From assembly GCA_016700135.1 (NCBI GenBank), contig CP065004.1, positions 660,001 through 692,000 on the forward strand: 32,000 bases of DNA, read 5' to 3'. The notes under the pieces are model-generated. The model saw nothing but the letters and a program-made list of their open reading frames with translations. It searched no databases and had not been told where the DNA came from. The position numbers were made by a program, and so were the translations under genes. Below, piece after piece: positions 31,960 to 32,000 of this stretch. Position 1 is the stretch's first letter; every line of letters begins with the position of its first letter. The DNA comes from Candidatus Saccharimonadota bacterium. Its GTDB lineage: Bacteria > Patescibacteriota > Microgenomatia > UBA1406 > GWC2-37-13.

Positions 31960-32000
31960 GTAACCCTCATTGTAGAGAGAATCAATAGACAATTCAATTC

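Noticed and set aside
1-32000. Alternative genetic code (UGA recoding as in Gracilibacteria/Absconditabacteria)
   Set aside because: All conserved genes (tkt, tyrS, leuS, M16, pilD, transposases) are full length under the standard code and have no in-frame TGA. TGA is used as a genuine stop, for example at 6327..6329.

Overview
This is a compact bacterial window of moderate-to-low GC that reads cleanly in the standard genetic code. I infer a Patescibacteria/CPR-like organism from three things: an archaeal-type TyrRS, archaeal-type CoA enzymes, and giant fibre-like surface proteins with overlapping convergent genes. Housekeeping genes are transketolase, tyrS, a fused PPAT/DPCK-like gene, leuS, tRNA-Lys(UUU), an M16 peptidase and a prepilin peptidase. 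They are interleaved with a large accessory cell-surface locus (about 12.6-31.9 kb, plus the partial gene at 3..3302). That locus contains: (i) three giant modular fibre/adhesin-like proteins (3..3302 partial, 18327..21164, 23152..28959); (ii) two tandem cassettes on the minus strand, each a secreted WxL-like protein followed by a DUF916-like membrane-anchored protein; (iii) two small paralogous membrane proteins (21119..21829, 31162..31959) that share a GDYITSS..GVGMKAT module with the C-terminal part of the 1965-aa giant. Three insertion sequences are present. Two apparently identical, inverted 1119-bp IS481-like copies each carry their own 5-bp target duplication. One 715-bp IS1595/ISXO2-like element has split a DUF916-like gene. 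The most unusual signals are these: a roughly 95-aa repeat module kept almost identical at protein level while more than half its codons differ synonymously between copies; a perfectly identical 248-bp patch elsewhere in the same repeat system, which looks like a gene-conversion tract; module swapping at the C-termini of the giant proteins (peptidase-S74 domain versus the GDYITSS module); an ATP-synthase-c-like hairpin used as a membrane anchor; and -10-like boxes only 6-10 nt upstream of several start codons, which suggests leaderless mRNAs. No CRISPR array, rRNA, reverse transcriptase or prophage block was seen.
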